Shown here: positions 47,286 through 56,417 of the stretch, one piece after another | Position numbering within the stretch: position 1 is the stretch's first letter | Layout of the letters: every line of letters starts with the position of its first letter | Assembly (NCBI GenBank): GCA_045127905.1 | Contig: JBGVQX010000014.1 | Coordinates: 1,683 to 65,682, forward strand | Reading direction: 5' to 3' | Length of the DNA stretch: 64,000 nucleotides | Source: Candidatus Cryptobacteroides sp. | GTDB lineage: Bacteria > Bacteroidota > Bacteroidia > Bacteroidales > UBA932 | Made by a program: the position numbers and the translations under genes | The notes under the pieces: model-generated | What the model was told of the DNA's origin: nothing | The model's input: the letters and a program-made list of their open reading frames with translations, nothing else | Databases searched by the model: none

Positions 47286-50213
47286 ATGAAAAGAATCCTT
47301 TATGTATTTATTGCTCTTGCTGCCCTGATGGCTGCAGGATGCCAGCCTGAAAGTCTTGAAGGAAGTCTCACTGTGACTCCATCCACATTGGAGTTTGATG
47401 GTGAGGCTGCTACGAAAACTCTCACCATTTCAGCTTCAGGACCTTGGGCTCTGACTCAGCAGGAAAATACGGCATGGTGTACCCCTTCGCGTACTATCGG
47501 AAAGGGAGCGGCTACCATCAAGGTATCTGTGAAGGCTAATACTCCTAAGGAGCGTACTGCTGAACTTGTATTTAATGCTTCCGGAAGTAAGCCCGTTACA
47601 GTAATTGTAAAACAGGCTGCCGGTACCAACAACGGTGGAGGAAGTACCGAAGTTGAATTTTCTAAATTGCCTGATGGATTCAGCATCGCTCCTGAAATTA
47701 TTAATGCGGATTACGCCGCGAAGATTTATCTCAAGGTACCATCTGTTTCTGACCTATATAATCACTCAGGTGATCTATATGCTCACATTGGTGTGCTTGA
47801 TGAATATAAAGAGTGGTATTGTGTGATGTCAGAGTGGCCAGATGCTAAAGATCCATCTCAGTGGGTAAAGTGTAACTTCGAGAAGAACAAACTCAAGAAA
47901 GAGGCTGATAATATCTATACTCTTGCATTGGAACCAACTATCAGAGAATGGTTTGAGAGTGGAGATATTCCAGTTAATGGTATCGGTATTGTAGTCCGTA
48001 ACGAGGATGGTACAAAGAAAGTGCAGGCTGAGGACCATTTCTTTGAAGGTATCATCGACGATAAGAATGTTCTTGTTCCTTTCCAGCCCGATCCTGTGGT
48101 TGTGCGTCCTATGCAAAATGGAATGAAATATGGAATTAACTATAATTCTGACAACTCGGTTACATTTGTTCTCTACGATAAGGATACTAAGGGTGCTTCA
48201 CATAAGTATTGCTATATCGTTGGTGACTGGAACAATTGGGAACGCGTTAAGGAAGGAGCTATGTTCAGGGATAACTCGGCAGGCTGCTGGTGGATAACCC
48301 TTAAGGATTTCGATCCTAATAAGGAGTATCGTTTCCAGTATCGTCTTGGTAATGAGTCGGGTGCTGATACTTTCCTTAGCGACCCTTACACAGAGATCGT
48401 TTACGACCAGTGGAACGACCAGTACATTCTGGGTGTTCCAGCATTCCCGGAGGGAGCAAGACAGCTCGTGTCTGCATTCCAGATTAATAGGCCTCAGTAT
48501 AACTGGAAGCATAAGGACTTCAAGGTGGAGGATAAGAACGACCTTGTGATCTATGAGATGCATTTCCGTGACTTCTCTACCACTCAGAACATTGAGGGAG
48601 CTATGGCTCAGCTCGACTATATTCAGAATCTTGGTGTGACTGCAGTTGAACTGATGCCTATCCAGGAGTTTGACGGCAACCTGAGCTGGGGATATGACCC
48701 TAACCACTGGTTCGCACTCGATAAATATTATGGTACACGCGAGCAGTATAAGGCGTTTATCGACGAGTGTCACGCGCGCGGTATTGCGGTAATTGTGGAC
48801 GTTGTATATAACCATGCTACAGGTAATCATACTTGGGCCAAGATGTGGTGGGACAGCGCAAGCAACTGTACTTCCGATAACAACCCTTGGTTCAATAAGG
48901 TTGCGAAGCATGAGTTCAATGTTTTCCATGATATGAACCACGAGAATCCTATGGTAAAGGAGATGGTGAAGGGTAGCCTCGAGTATCTCCTCACAGAGTA
49001 TGATGTGGACGGATTCCGTTTTGACCTCACGAAGGGCTTTACCCAGAACAATACTCTCGGTGATGTTGGAGCGTGGGGCCGTTACGATCAGTCACGTGTG
49101 AACATCCTCAAGGGATATGCGGATCACGTGTGGTCAGTGAACAAGGATGCTGTGGTTATCTTTGAGCACCTTGCTGACTGGTCAGAGGAGAAGGTTCTCG
49201 CTGAGCATGGTATCAAGCTCTGGAGAAACATGAACGGCTCGTATCGTTCGGCTGTATGTGGAGGCAACGGCGACTTCTCAGGTTCATATGAGAGATCACC
49301 AGGCCTTTATGGTGGCTGGGTAAGCTACATGGAGAGCCACGACGAGGAGCGTGTATGCTACGGTGCAGGTGCTGATGCTTCTTCTGTGACATGGGGTGTG
49401 ATAGGTCTCGGTGACAAGTGGGGAACATCCGATGACAAGAAGATGTCTAAGGATGGTAATTTCTTCTCTGTAAAGAATGTGACAGTCACAGCAAACGACC
49501 GCTTCAAGATTCGTATGGCCGGCACTTGGAATGATTCATTCAACTACGGAGCAGATACAGAGAACTTTACACTTACTGTAGGAAAGGGTTATAAGATGTT
49601 GAATGGAGCAGGATCCAAGGATATGAAGGTTCCTGCAGCTGGTACATACGACATCTACTTCAGTCTCGATGCTGAGATGGTCTGGCTCATGACTCCTGGT
49701 CAGCGTCCTGCAAATCCTTCTACAGGCTCGGGAAGCAGCGGCTCTAATGATGCATTCTCAGTGGCAATGCGTCGTGCAGGTGCTTCTGCAGCATTCTTCC
49801 TGACAGTTCCTGGTCCTAAGATGATATGGCAGTTCGGTGAGATCGGATATGACATCTCTATCGAGGAGAATGGCCGTACAGGTGAGAAGCCGGTGAAGAC
49901 AGCTGAATATATGGCGGTTCCTCAGCGCAAGGCCCTCTACGATACATATGCAAAGCTTCTGAAGTTCCGTAAGGACAACCCTCGCTTCTTTGACAGCGAT
50001 GCCTCATTCTCATGGAATCCGTACAGCACTACAACTACCAAGACCATAACCTGCTCGGTTGCCGGCAAGAGCTTCCACGTTGTAGGTAACTTCGCTAAGA
50101 ACCAGATAAGTTACACAATTCCTTCCGGCAGCTGGACCGATTATATGAACGGCGGTACAGTTTCGGGCACCATTACCCTCAAGGAGGGTGAGTTCCGTCT
50201 TCTGACCAAGTAG
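47286..50213 (+). CDS. GH13 alpha-amylase lipoprotein with BACON domain and inserted SusE-type module
   Basis: Lipobox AAGC; WGYDP, DVVYNH, GFRFDLTK, FEH, SHDEER. Confidence 0.92.
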   Translation: MKRILYVFIALAALMAAGCQPESLEGSLTVTPSTLEFDGEAATKTLTISASGPWALTQQENTAWCTPSRTIGKGAATIKVSVKANTPKERTAELVFNASGSKPVTVIVKQAAGTNNGGGSTEVEFSKLPDGFSIAPEIINADYAAKIYLKVPSVSDLYNHSGDLYAHIGVLDEYKEWYCVMSEWPDAKDPSQWVKCNFEKNKLKKEADNIYTLALEPTIREWFESGDIPVNGIGIVVRNEDGTKKVQAEDHFFEGIIDDKNVLVPFQPDPVVVRPMQNGMKYGINYNSDNSVTFVLYDKDTKGASHKYCYIVGDWNNWERVKEGAMFRDNSAGCWWITLKDFDPNKEYRFQYRLGNESGADTFLSDPYTEIVYDQWNDQYILGVPAFPEGARQLVSAFQINRPQYNWKHKDFKVEDKNDLVIYEMHFRDFSTTQNIEGAMAQLDYIQNLGVTAVELMPIQEFDGNLSWGYDPNHWFALDKYYGTREQYKAFIDECHARGIAVIVDVVYNHATGNHTWAKMWWDSASNCTSDNNPWFNKVAKHEFNVFHDMNHENPMVKEMVKGSLEYLLTEYDVDGFRFDLTKGFTQNNTLGDVGAWGRYDQSRVNILKGYADHVWSVNKDAVVIFEHLADWSEEKVLAEHGIKLWRNMNGSYRSAVCGGNGDFSGSYERSPGLYGGWVSYMESHDEERVCYGAGADASSVTWGVIGLGDKWGTSDDKKMSKDGNFFSVKNVTVTANDRFKIRMAGTWNDSFNYGADTENFTLTVGKGYKMLNGAGSKDMKVPAAGTYDIYFSLDAEMVWLMTPGQRPANPSTGSGSSGSNDAFSVAMRRAGASAAFFLTVPGPKMIWQFGEIGYDISIEENGRTGEKPVKTAEYMAVPQRKALYDTYAKLLKFRKDNPRFFDSDASFSWNPYSTTTTKTITCSVAGKSFHVVGNFAKNQISYTIPSGSWTDYMNGGTVSGTITLKEGEFRLLTK

Positions 50214-50265
50214 CCGTACGGATACTTTCGAAAATATTGTCTCCTTGTTCGGAGATTTCTGATAT

Positions 50266-50299
50266 GTTCCCTGTAGCTTCTCGGCTGCAGGGAACTTTT
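50266..50299 (+). terminator. Intrinsic terminator
   Basis: GTTCCCTGTAGC TTCTCG GCTGCAGGGAAC TTTT. Confidence 0.8.
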
Positions 50300-50336
50300 C
50301 TTATGACTGTCTTGCCCCCTCTGGAATGGTATCCCA

Positions 50337-50674
50337 TCCGGGAATTCCTGCCTTTTTCCAGATAGATCCCCTCATCAAGTCCCTCCTGTCCGGGAAATCC
50401 TGTGCTTTTCCGGATGGGTCCCTTCATTGAGTTCTTCCTGTTCGGGAAATCGTGTCTTTTTCCGGATGGGTCCCTTCATTGAGTTCTTTCTGTCCGGGGA
50501 ATCCTGTTCTTTTCCGGATAGGTCCCCTCCTTAAGTTCTTCCTGTCCGGAAAATTCTGTGCTTTCCCGGATGGGTCCCTTCATTAGGTTCTTCCTGTCCG
50601 GAAAATCCTGTGCTTTCCCGGATGGGTCTCTTCATTGAGTTCTTCATATCCGGGAAATCCTGTCTTTTTCCGGA
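50337..50674 (+). repeat. REP/BIME-like array A: 7 hairpins at a 52-bp period
   Basis: TCCGGGAAATCCTGTGCTTTTCCGGA-type units start at 50337, 50389, 50441, 50493, 50545, 50597, 50649. Confidence 0.95.
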
Positions 50675-50689
50675 GAACCTAGCGATTTA

Positions 50690-51625
50690 CTATGGAAACA
50701 TTTCGTTAAGGATATGAATGTCCATGCGAAGTATACGCCTGATCTGTTGGTTTGTGGCTTTATATCTGAAATGCAGTTCTTTAGCCAACTGGATTTTATG
50801 TTCCGGACTTAGCATCGTTATTGTTTTTGTTCCGAAGTTGGTTTCGGCGTATTTTACAGATATGTTAAAGAGTTCTTCGTCTGTAAGGAATATGGAATCC
50901 TTCAACCTTTCCGCAATCAGACTAAATGCCTCAGCATTGCGAGTCAGGGAGTTGAAGTAGCTGCGCGCATCCTGAAACATTCGTTCTCCTAATGATATGT
51001 CGCAGAATGATGTGACTAAAACTCCCAGCCCATCCTTCACCCGCAGCCTGCTCAAGTTGTCTATGTTTCTGCAATGAGCTAATTGTCTTTTCCTGTCGTA
51101 TGTCAGTTTATCAAATTCGATTGCTTCTATATACTTGATTAATGGACAAAAGTATGCATAACCTCCTCCCCATGGATAGTTGGAAGGAGTATGTCCCGGG
51201 TTCGCTACATAAGCGTTTCTGTTTGTATAAACGATTTCATTTCTAAGAGCCTTGAGATTGTCTATGGGAATAATGTCAGCCTCAAAATTATCCCAGTCTA
51301 CTATTATCCCAGTTTTCTTGAAAACCCTCTGCTGCCTTTGTTTGAAATCATCGAACAGAGCAATACATTCAGCGCGCGGCCCGCTTGCAATCAGGTGTAG
51401 ATGGTTTGTCATAAGTTCAAACGTTATAACCTTGACTTTGGGATATTTGCAGCAAGAAACTGCTAGAAGTGTTTCAGCCAGTTCGAACATCTCGTCAGAC
51501 ATGTAGATATCCTGCATCTTTTTCCCATCAGTAAACAGATGCCAGAATGGACCAGACATCTCAAATTCTCTTTCACAGATACTCTCCTTCTCCGAGAAAG
51601 TCAGTGTGCGTAATTCCGTTTTCAT
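50690..51625 (-). CDS. RAYT-like HUH (Y1) tyrosine transposase/nuclease 2 with C-terminal helical extension
   Basis: WHL, LMTNHLHLI (HUH), YTNRN (catalytic Tyr), NYPWGG; tail aligns with RAYT 1. Confidence 0.85.
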   Translation of the reverse strand: MKTELRTLTFSEKESICEREFEMSGPFWHLFTDGKKMQDIYMSDEMFELAETLLAVSCCKYPKVKVITFELMTNHLHLIASGPRAECIALFDDFKQRQQRVFKKTGIIVDWDNFEADIIPIDNLKALRNEIVYTNRNAYVANPGHTPSNYPWGGGYAYFCPLIKYIEAIEFDKLTYDRKRQLAHCRNIDNLSRLRVKDGLGVLVTSFCDISLGERMFQDARSYFNSLTRNAEAFSLIAERLKDSIFLTDEELFNISVKYAETNFGTKTITMLSPEHKIQLAKELHFRYKATNQQIRRILRMDIHILNEMFP

Positions 51626-51772
51626 GTATATGTTGCGATATTCCGTCAGGAGTACCCATTATGTTCTCTGACATAAGGGCGAAATTTGGTTTTTGGGGGT
51701 TGCGGCTAGCTCGGAATTTGTCTCGACATATTCAATTATCGAAGACAGATAATGCCTTTTAGTCCACCTCGT

Positions 51773-51985
51773 CTATTGAGGCAGAAAAGGACGGGTCACT
51801 TTGAGATCGGAGGGAGAATATCTATATAATCTGGCAAATAGTTGTATTGCATCACGCAAAGTCCACCCTGATGCAATACGAAGTTCATCGGTGCTTGTAG
51901 TGAATACAGTGTAAGCTGTGTGTGGATGATGGTGTTCAGGATCTATTGCCGGAACAGTCTTGACGTTAAGATATAGTGCCCCCAT
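51773..51985 (-). CDS. Conserved small unknown protein (70 aa), RAYT-associated, copy 2
   Basis: Homologue of 3858-4073 (40/70 identical). Confidence 0.85.
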   Translation of the reverse strand: MGALYLNVKTVPAIDPEHHHPHTAYTVFTTSTDELRIASGWTLRDAIQLFARLYRYSPSDLKVTRPFLPQ

Positions 51986-52009
51986 GATCTTAGTAATGGT
52001 TTATGATGT

Positions 52010-52040
52010 TATGCCATTTGATCGTGGATGGCGAACCAGA
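52010..52040 (-). promoter_or_regulatory. Invariant 31-nt leader motif, copy 2
   Basis: Exact reverse complement of 3805-3835. Confidence 0.75.
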
Positions 52041-52057
52041 TAGTTCTCAATCTTTGC

Positions 52058-52065
52058 CAAAGATA
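52058..52065 (-). promoter_or_regulatory. -7 promoter element of cassette 2
   Basis: TATCTTTG on the minus strand, 17 nt before the leader motif. Confidence 0.75.
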
Positions 52066-52225
52066 GTCTTTTCAAATGATATACGAGATGTTTTTTATTC
52101 AAAAAGTTAAAGGATTATCCGTTAAAACCACAGTAATTTAAAATGGTATTCTACATTGTTGTATAATTCCAGTTTAAAATTGAGCGAAGATTACCATCAT
52201 TAAGTCGCTCTGACATCGCGCTTGG

Positions 52226-52406
52226 CAAATACGCCAGCCAGCAGCTCAAAGCAAGCTGCGCGAGCTACGCCCAAAGGACTCCGCTCACTGCAAAGGTCCG
52301 CTGGACCATTTGCTAATCGTTCGCTATGCCTGCTTTGTGCCTTGAGCCAAAAAGATAAAAGTTAAACCGCCCAATACAAGGGTCGTATGCCTGAACTGCT
52401 TTCCCA
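52226..52406. repeat. 181-bp structured non-coding segment, copy 1
   Basis: Repeated at 52784-52964 (offset 558) with two mismatches seen. Confidence 0.92.
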
Positions 52407-52744
52407 TCCGGAAAATCCTATCTTTTCCCGGATGGGTCCCCTCATTGAGTTCTTCCTGTCCGGGGAATCCTGTCTTTTTCCGGATAGCTTCCCTCATTAA
52501 GTTCTTCCTGTCCGGGGAATCCTGTGCTTTTCCGGATGGGTCCCTTCATTAGGTTCTTCCTATCCGGAAATTCCTGTGTTTTTCCGGATAGGTCCCGTCA
52601 TTGAGTTCTTCCTGTCCGGGAAATCCTGTCTTTTTCCGGATGGGTCCCCTCTGAAATGGTATCCCATCCGGGATTCTTGTCGTTTTTCCGGATAGGTCCC
52701 CTCATTCAGTTCCTCCCATCCGGAAATTCCTGCCCTTTTCCGGA
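52407..52744 (+). repeat. REP/BIME-like array B: 7 hairpins, 52-bp period
   Basis: Units start at 52407, 52459, 52511, 52563, 52615, 52667, 52719. Confidence 0.95.
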
Positions 52745-52783
52745 TAGACTCACGATTAAGCTGCTTCAAGGCAACGCTGCTGT

Positions 52784-52964
52784 CAAATACGCCAGCCAGC
52801 AGCTCAAAGCAAGCTGCGCGAGCTACGCCCAAAGGACTCCGCTCACTGCAAAGGTCCGCTGGACCATTTGCTAATCGTTCGCTATGCCTGCTTTGTGCCT
52901 TGAGCCCAAAAGATAAAAGTTAAACCGCCCAATACAAGGGTCGTATGTCTGAACTGCTTTCCCA
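52784..52964. repeat. 181-bp structured non-coding segment, copy 2
   Basis: Duplicate of 52226-52406. Confidence 0.92.
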
Positions 52965-53198
52965 TCCGGAAATTCCTGTCTTTTTCCGGATGGGTCCCTT
53001 CATTGAGTTCTTCCTGTCCGGGGAATCCTGTGCTTTTCCGGATGGGGCCCCTCATTAAGTTATTCCTGTCCGGGGAATCCTGTCTTTTTCCGGATGGGTC
53101 CCCTCATTGAGTTCTTCCTGTCCGGGGAATCCTGTCTTTTTCCGGATAGGTCCCCTCATTAAGTTCTTCCTGTCCGGGAAATCCTGTGCTTTTCCGGA
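52965..53198 (+). repeat. REP/BIME-like array C: 5 hairpins, 52-bp period
   Basis: Units start at 52965, 53017, 53069, 53121, 53173. Confidence 0.95.
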
Positions 53199-53367
53199 TG
53201 GCACCTCGATTTAGATGCTTCAAGCCGAAGTGGCCGGCATGTTGCAGCCCGTACTTCGGATTGTTCGAACTCCAGATGATGAGTTTATGCCGTAAGCTGT
53301 CGGGTTTGGTCTGAGGCTTGTTTATAGTCCGTTTGATAATTTGGAATAATTATAAACGAACTTACAA

Positions 53368-56300
53368 ATGGACAGGATTAGAAATATATTGACGTCGGTT
53401 GTGGTGTTGTGCACGACCGGCGTCCTGTTGTCTGCTCAGGGCGGATACACAGCAAGCGGCACCGTCGTGGACCAGTTCGGACCCGTGATAGGGGCTGCCG
53501 TTGTTGAACTGGGTACTTCCAACGGAACATCCACGGGACTTGACGGAGGATTTTCCCTCACGGTTTCGAGCCCGGATTCGCCTGTGGAAATCAGCTGTAT
53601 CGGGTATGCTTCGCAGACTTTCCAGGCGTCCCAGCTTCCTTCCACTGTGACTCTGAAGGAAGATACCCAGATGCTTCAGGAGACTGTGGTAATCGGTTAT
53701 GGCACCGTGAAGAAGGATGATATGACAGGCTCCATATCTGCGATCAAGGCAGAAGATCTGAATAGAGGAGCCGTGGTCAATGCTCAGGATATGCTCAAGG
53801 GTAAGGTGCCGGGCCTGCTTGTGACTCCAGGAGATGGAGGCCCGGGCTCAGGCTCGCGTATCAGGATAAGGGGATCGGCCTCCCTGAACGCTTCCAATGA
53901 CCCTCTGATAGTGATTGACGGAGTGCCGATAGCCCAAGGGGCCGGAGGCGCGATGTCAAATCCTCTTGATCTGCTGAATCCGGATGATATAGAGTCGTTC
54001 TCAGTTCTGAAGGACGCCTCCGCTGCAGCGATATACGGTTCCAGAGCCTCCAACGGTGTCATCATCATCACCACTAAGAAAGGTGTCGGCATGATTCCGC
54101 AGGTGAGCTATGCCGGCTCCATAAGCGTGCAGCATATATCTTCAAAGGTGCCGGTAATGTCTCCTTCAGAACTGAAGCGGTTCTATGCCGAGACCTATCC
54201 GGCAGGCACTCCGACCGGCGACCGGATAGCCGGACTTTCGGGAACTGCCGAGACAGACTGGCAGGATTTAGTGTTCCGGACAGCCTTTGCCACTGACCAC
54301 AACCTGAGTGTATACGGCAATTTGAAGGACAGAATGCCATACAGGGCTTCCATCGCATATTTAGGGCAGCAGGGTACGCTCATGGAGTCTCACTACGACA
54401 GGGGGACGATAGATGTGACTCTGTCTCCGAACTTTCTGGACAAGCATCTGACTTTCGATATCAATGCGAAGGCGGTCTATTCATATCAGGACTATGCGGA
54501 CGGAGGTACTGTGGGTAAGGCTGCGTTCTTCAACCCCACTCAGCACCCTTACTGGCGCAACCCTGACGGAACCATCGATTATACAACCACCAACGGCTAT
54601 TGGAATTACGGAAACGGGCGTGGAGAGGCATTCACTCCTAATGTGCTTGTCGGCCCTAGTCCTTTGTCACAACTCTACGACAGCATCAGTGATGCCCGCT
54701 CCACCCGTTTCATTGGCCGTGTCGCTGTAGATTATAAGATACACGGGCTTGAGAATCTGCGCTTGAACATGAGTACCGGATTGGATATAACGGTCACCGA
54801 CTCCTATAATGGGGTGGTGCCGGGTTCCTTCCAGGCCTATACCGACACCAGCAACCTTCGTGTGGGTCAGTACTCCAAAGGCTATAATCTTAGCCGCAGC
54901 CAGCTTCTGGAGATGTATCTGAATTACAACAATGCCTGGGGAATCCACAATCTTGACTTCCTGGCCGGATATTCATGGCAGAATAACTACTGGGCGAACC
55001 GCAGCATCAGTTATTTCAACATCACCCATGAGCCTAACCTCAATCCCGGAGAGACGGTGGATTCGCGCTACCTGTGGTTCCGGAACGAGAATTATCTGCT
55101 GTCATTCTACGGCCGCGTGAACTACTCGATAGATTCGAGATATGTGTTTACGTTCACAGCCCGAGGCGACGGATCCAGCAAGTTTGCCAAGGCTCACAGA
55201 TGGGGATTCTTCCCTTCCGGTGCCTTTGCGTGGAACGTTGCGAAAGAACCGTTTATGGAGGATGTGTCTGTGGTGTCGGAAATGAAACTGCGTCTCTCCG
55301 TGGGACAGACCGGCCAGCAGGACGGAATAGGTGACTATGTGCACCTTGCACGCTATAATATCTCCAGCAATCCGTCATATACCTACAATATGGGTATGAA
55401 CAATTTCATGAGGACGTTCACTCCGCAGGCATATGACCCGACTATACGCTGGGAGACAACGACGACTTATAACATAGGATTGGACTACGGCTTCTTCAAC
55501 AACAGGCTAAGCGGCAGCATCGATGCATATATACGTGATACAAAGGATCTTCTGAACTCGGTGCAGGTCCCTATGGGATCCAATTTCGGAAATAAGCTGA
55601 TGACCAACATAGGCTCCATCCGCAATAAGGGATTGGAATTTGCCATCAGCGGCATACCTGTGCAGACAGGGGACTGGAGCGTTCAGGTGAGCGTCAACGG
55701 CACATTCCAGGATACTGAATTCACGAAGCTGAATGTGACCGAGGATGACAACTACTACATCGAGACGGGTACGATTTCCAAAGGAACTGGAGGATATCTA
55801 TGCCGCCAGATGGTTGGGTATGCACCATATACGTATTATACTTATAAACAGAAATATGACCTCGCCGGCAAGCCTCTCCAGAACCAGTTGGAGGACCTTG
55901 ACGGAGATGGTGTTATTACCGAAGGGGACCGTTATATGACGGATAAAAGCGCGTCACCGAAGTTCTTCTACGGCCTGAATGCAAAAGTCGTATATAAGGA
56001 CTGGGATTTCGGCTTCAACGGTCATGGGGCAGCCGGTACATGGGTGTTCAATGACTTTGCCTCTGCAAATTCCACTTCGAGTCTTGATCTTAACTCCGGG
56101 GCCCTGCCAAATCAGGCAAAGCTGGTGAAGAAGACCGGATTTACGGCTCCGAATTCCGGACAGCAGTGGTACTCGGATTATTTTCTGGAGAATGCCTCGT
56201 TCTTCCGATTGGACGACATAAGCCTCGGCTACACATTCCGCGGGCTGGGACTCTGGGCGACTGATGTCAGGATCGGATTCAGCGTGCAGAATGTGTTCAT

Positions 56301-56412
56301 AATCACGGGCTATAGCGGAATGGATCCGGAAGTGGTTTCCGAAAACGGTATCGACAACACCATGTGGCCTCGTCCACGGACCTACTCCCTCCGGTTGAAT
56401 GTTAAATTTTAA
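53368..56412 (+). CDS. susC: SusC-like TonB-dependent transporter 2 (paralog of SusC1)
   Basis: Same motifs; collinear with SusC1 (QDMLKGKVPGLLxTPGDGGPG, PMGSNFGN, WPRPRTxSLRLNVxF). Confidence 0.97.
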   Translation: MDRIRNILTSVVVLCTTGVLLSAQGGYTASGTVVDQFGPVIGAAVVELGTSNGTSTGLDGGFSLTVSSPDSPVEISCIGYASQTFQASQLPSTVTLKEDTQMLQETVVIGYGTVKKDDMTGSISAIKAEDLNRGAVVNAQDMLKGKVPGLLVTPGDGGPGSGSRIRIRGSASLNASNDPLIVIDGVPIAQGAGGAMSNPLDLLNPDDIESFSVLKDASAAAIYGSRASNGVIIITTKKGVGMIPQVSYAGSISVQHISSKVPVMSPSELKRFYAETYPAGTPTGDRIAGLSGTAETDWQDLVFRTAFATDHNLSVYGNLKDRMPYRASIAYLGQQGTLMESHYDRGTIDVTLSPNFLDKHLTFDINAKAVYSYQDYADGGTVGKAAFFNPTQHPYWRNPDGTIDYTTTNGYWNYGNGRGEAFTPNVLVGPSPLSQLYDSISDARSTRFIGRVAVDYKIHGLENLRLNMSTGLDITVTDSYNGVVPGSFQAYTDTSNLRVGQYSKGYNLSRSQLLEMYLNYNNAWGIHNLDFLAGYSWQNNYWANRSISYFNITHEPNLNPGETVDSRYLWFRNENYLLSFYGRVNYSIDSRYVFTFTARGDGSSKFAKAHRWGFFPSGAFAWNVAKEPFMEDVSVVSEMKLRLSVGQTGQQDGIGDYVHLARYNISSNPSYTYNMGMNNFMRTFTPQAYDPTIRWETTTTYNIGLDYGFFNNRLSGSIDAYIRDTKDLLNSVQVPMGSNFGNKLMTNIGSIRNKGLEFAISGIPVQTGDWSVQVSVNGTFQDTEFTKLNVTEDDNYYIETGTISKGTGGYLCRQMVGYAPYTYYTYKQKYDLAGKPLQNQLEDLDGDGVITEGDRYMTDKSASPKFFYGLNAKVVYKDWDFGFNGHGAAGTWVFNDFASANSTSSLDLNSGALPNQAKLVKKTGFTAPNSGQQWYSDYFLENASFFRLDDISLGYTFRGLGLWATDVRIGFSVQNVFIITGYSGMDPEVVSENGIDNTMWPRPRTYSLRLNVKF

Positions 56413-56417
56413 GGATT

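Noticed and set aside
51688-51700. T-run/GGGGGT motif resembling the cassette 1 spacer
   Set aside because: Low complexity and opposite orientation relative to the genes
50179-52874. Short ORFs 50179-50427, 52560-52832 and 52656-52874 (similarly 3593-3799, 5886-6191, 12168-12485)
   Set aside because: They are translations of repeats or of the tRNA, with no coding signal
50337-53198. CRISPR interpretation of the 26+26-bp arrays with leader-like segments
   Set aside because: The spacers are near-identical to each other, the repeats vary as much as the spacers, and there are no cas genes in the window
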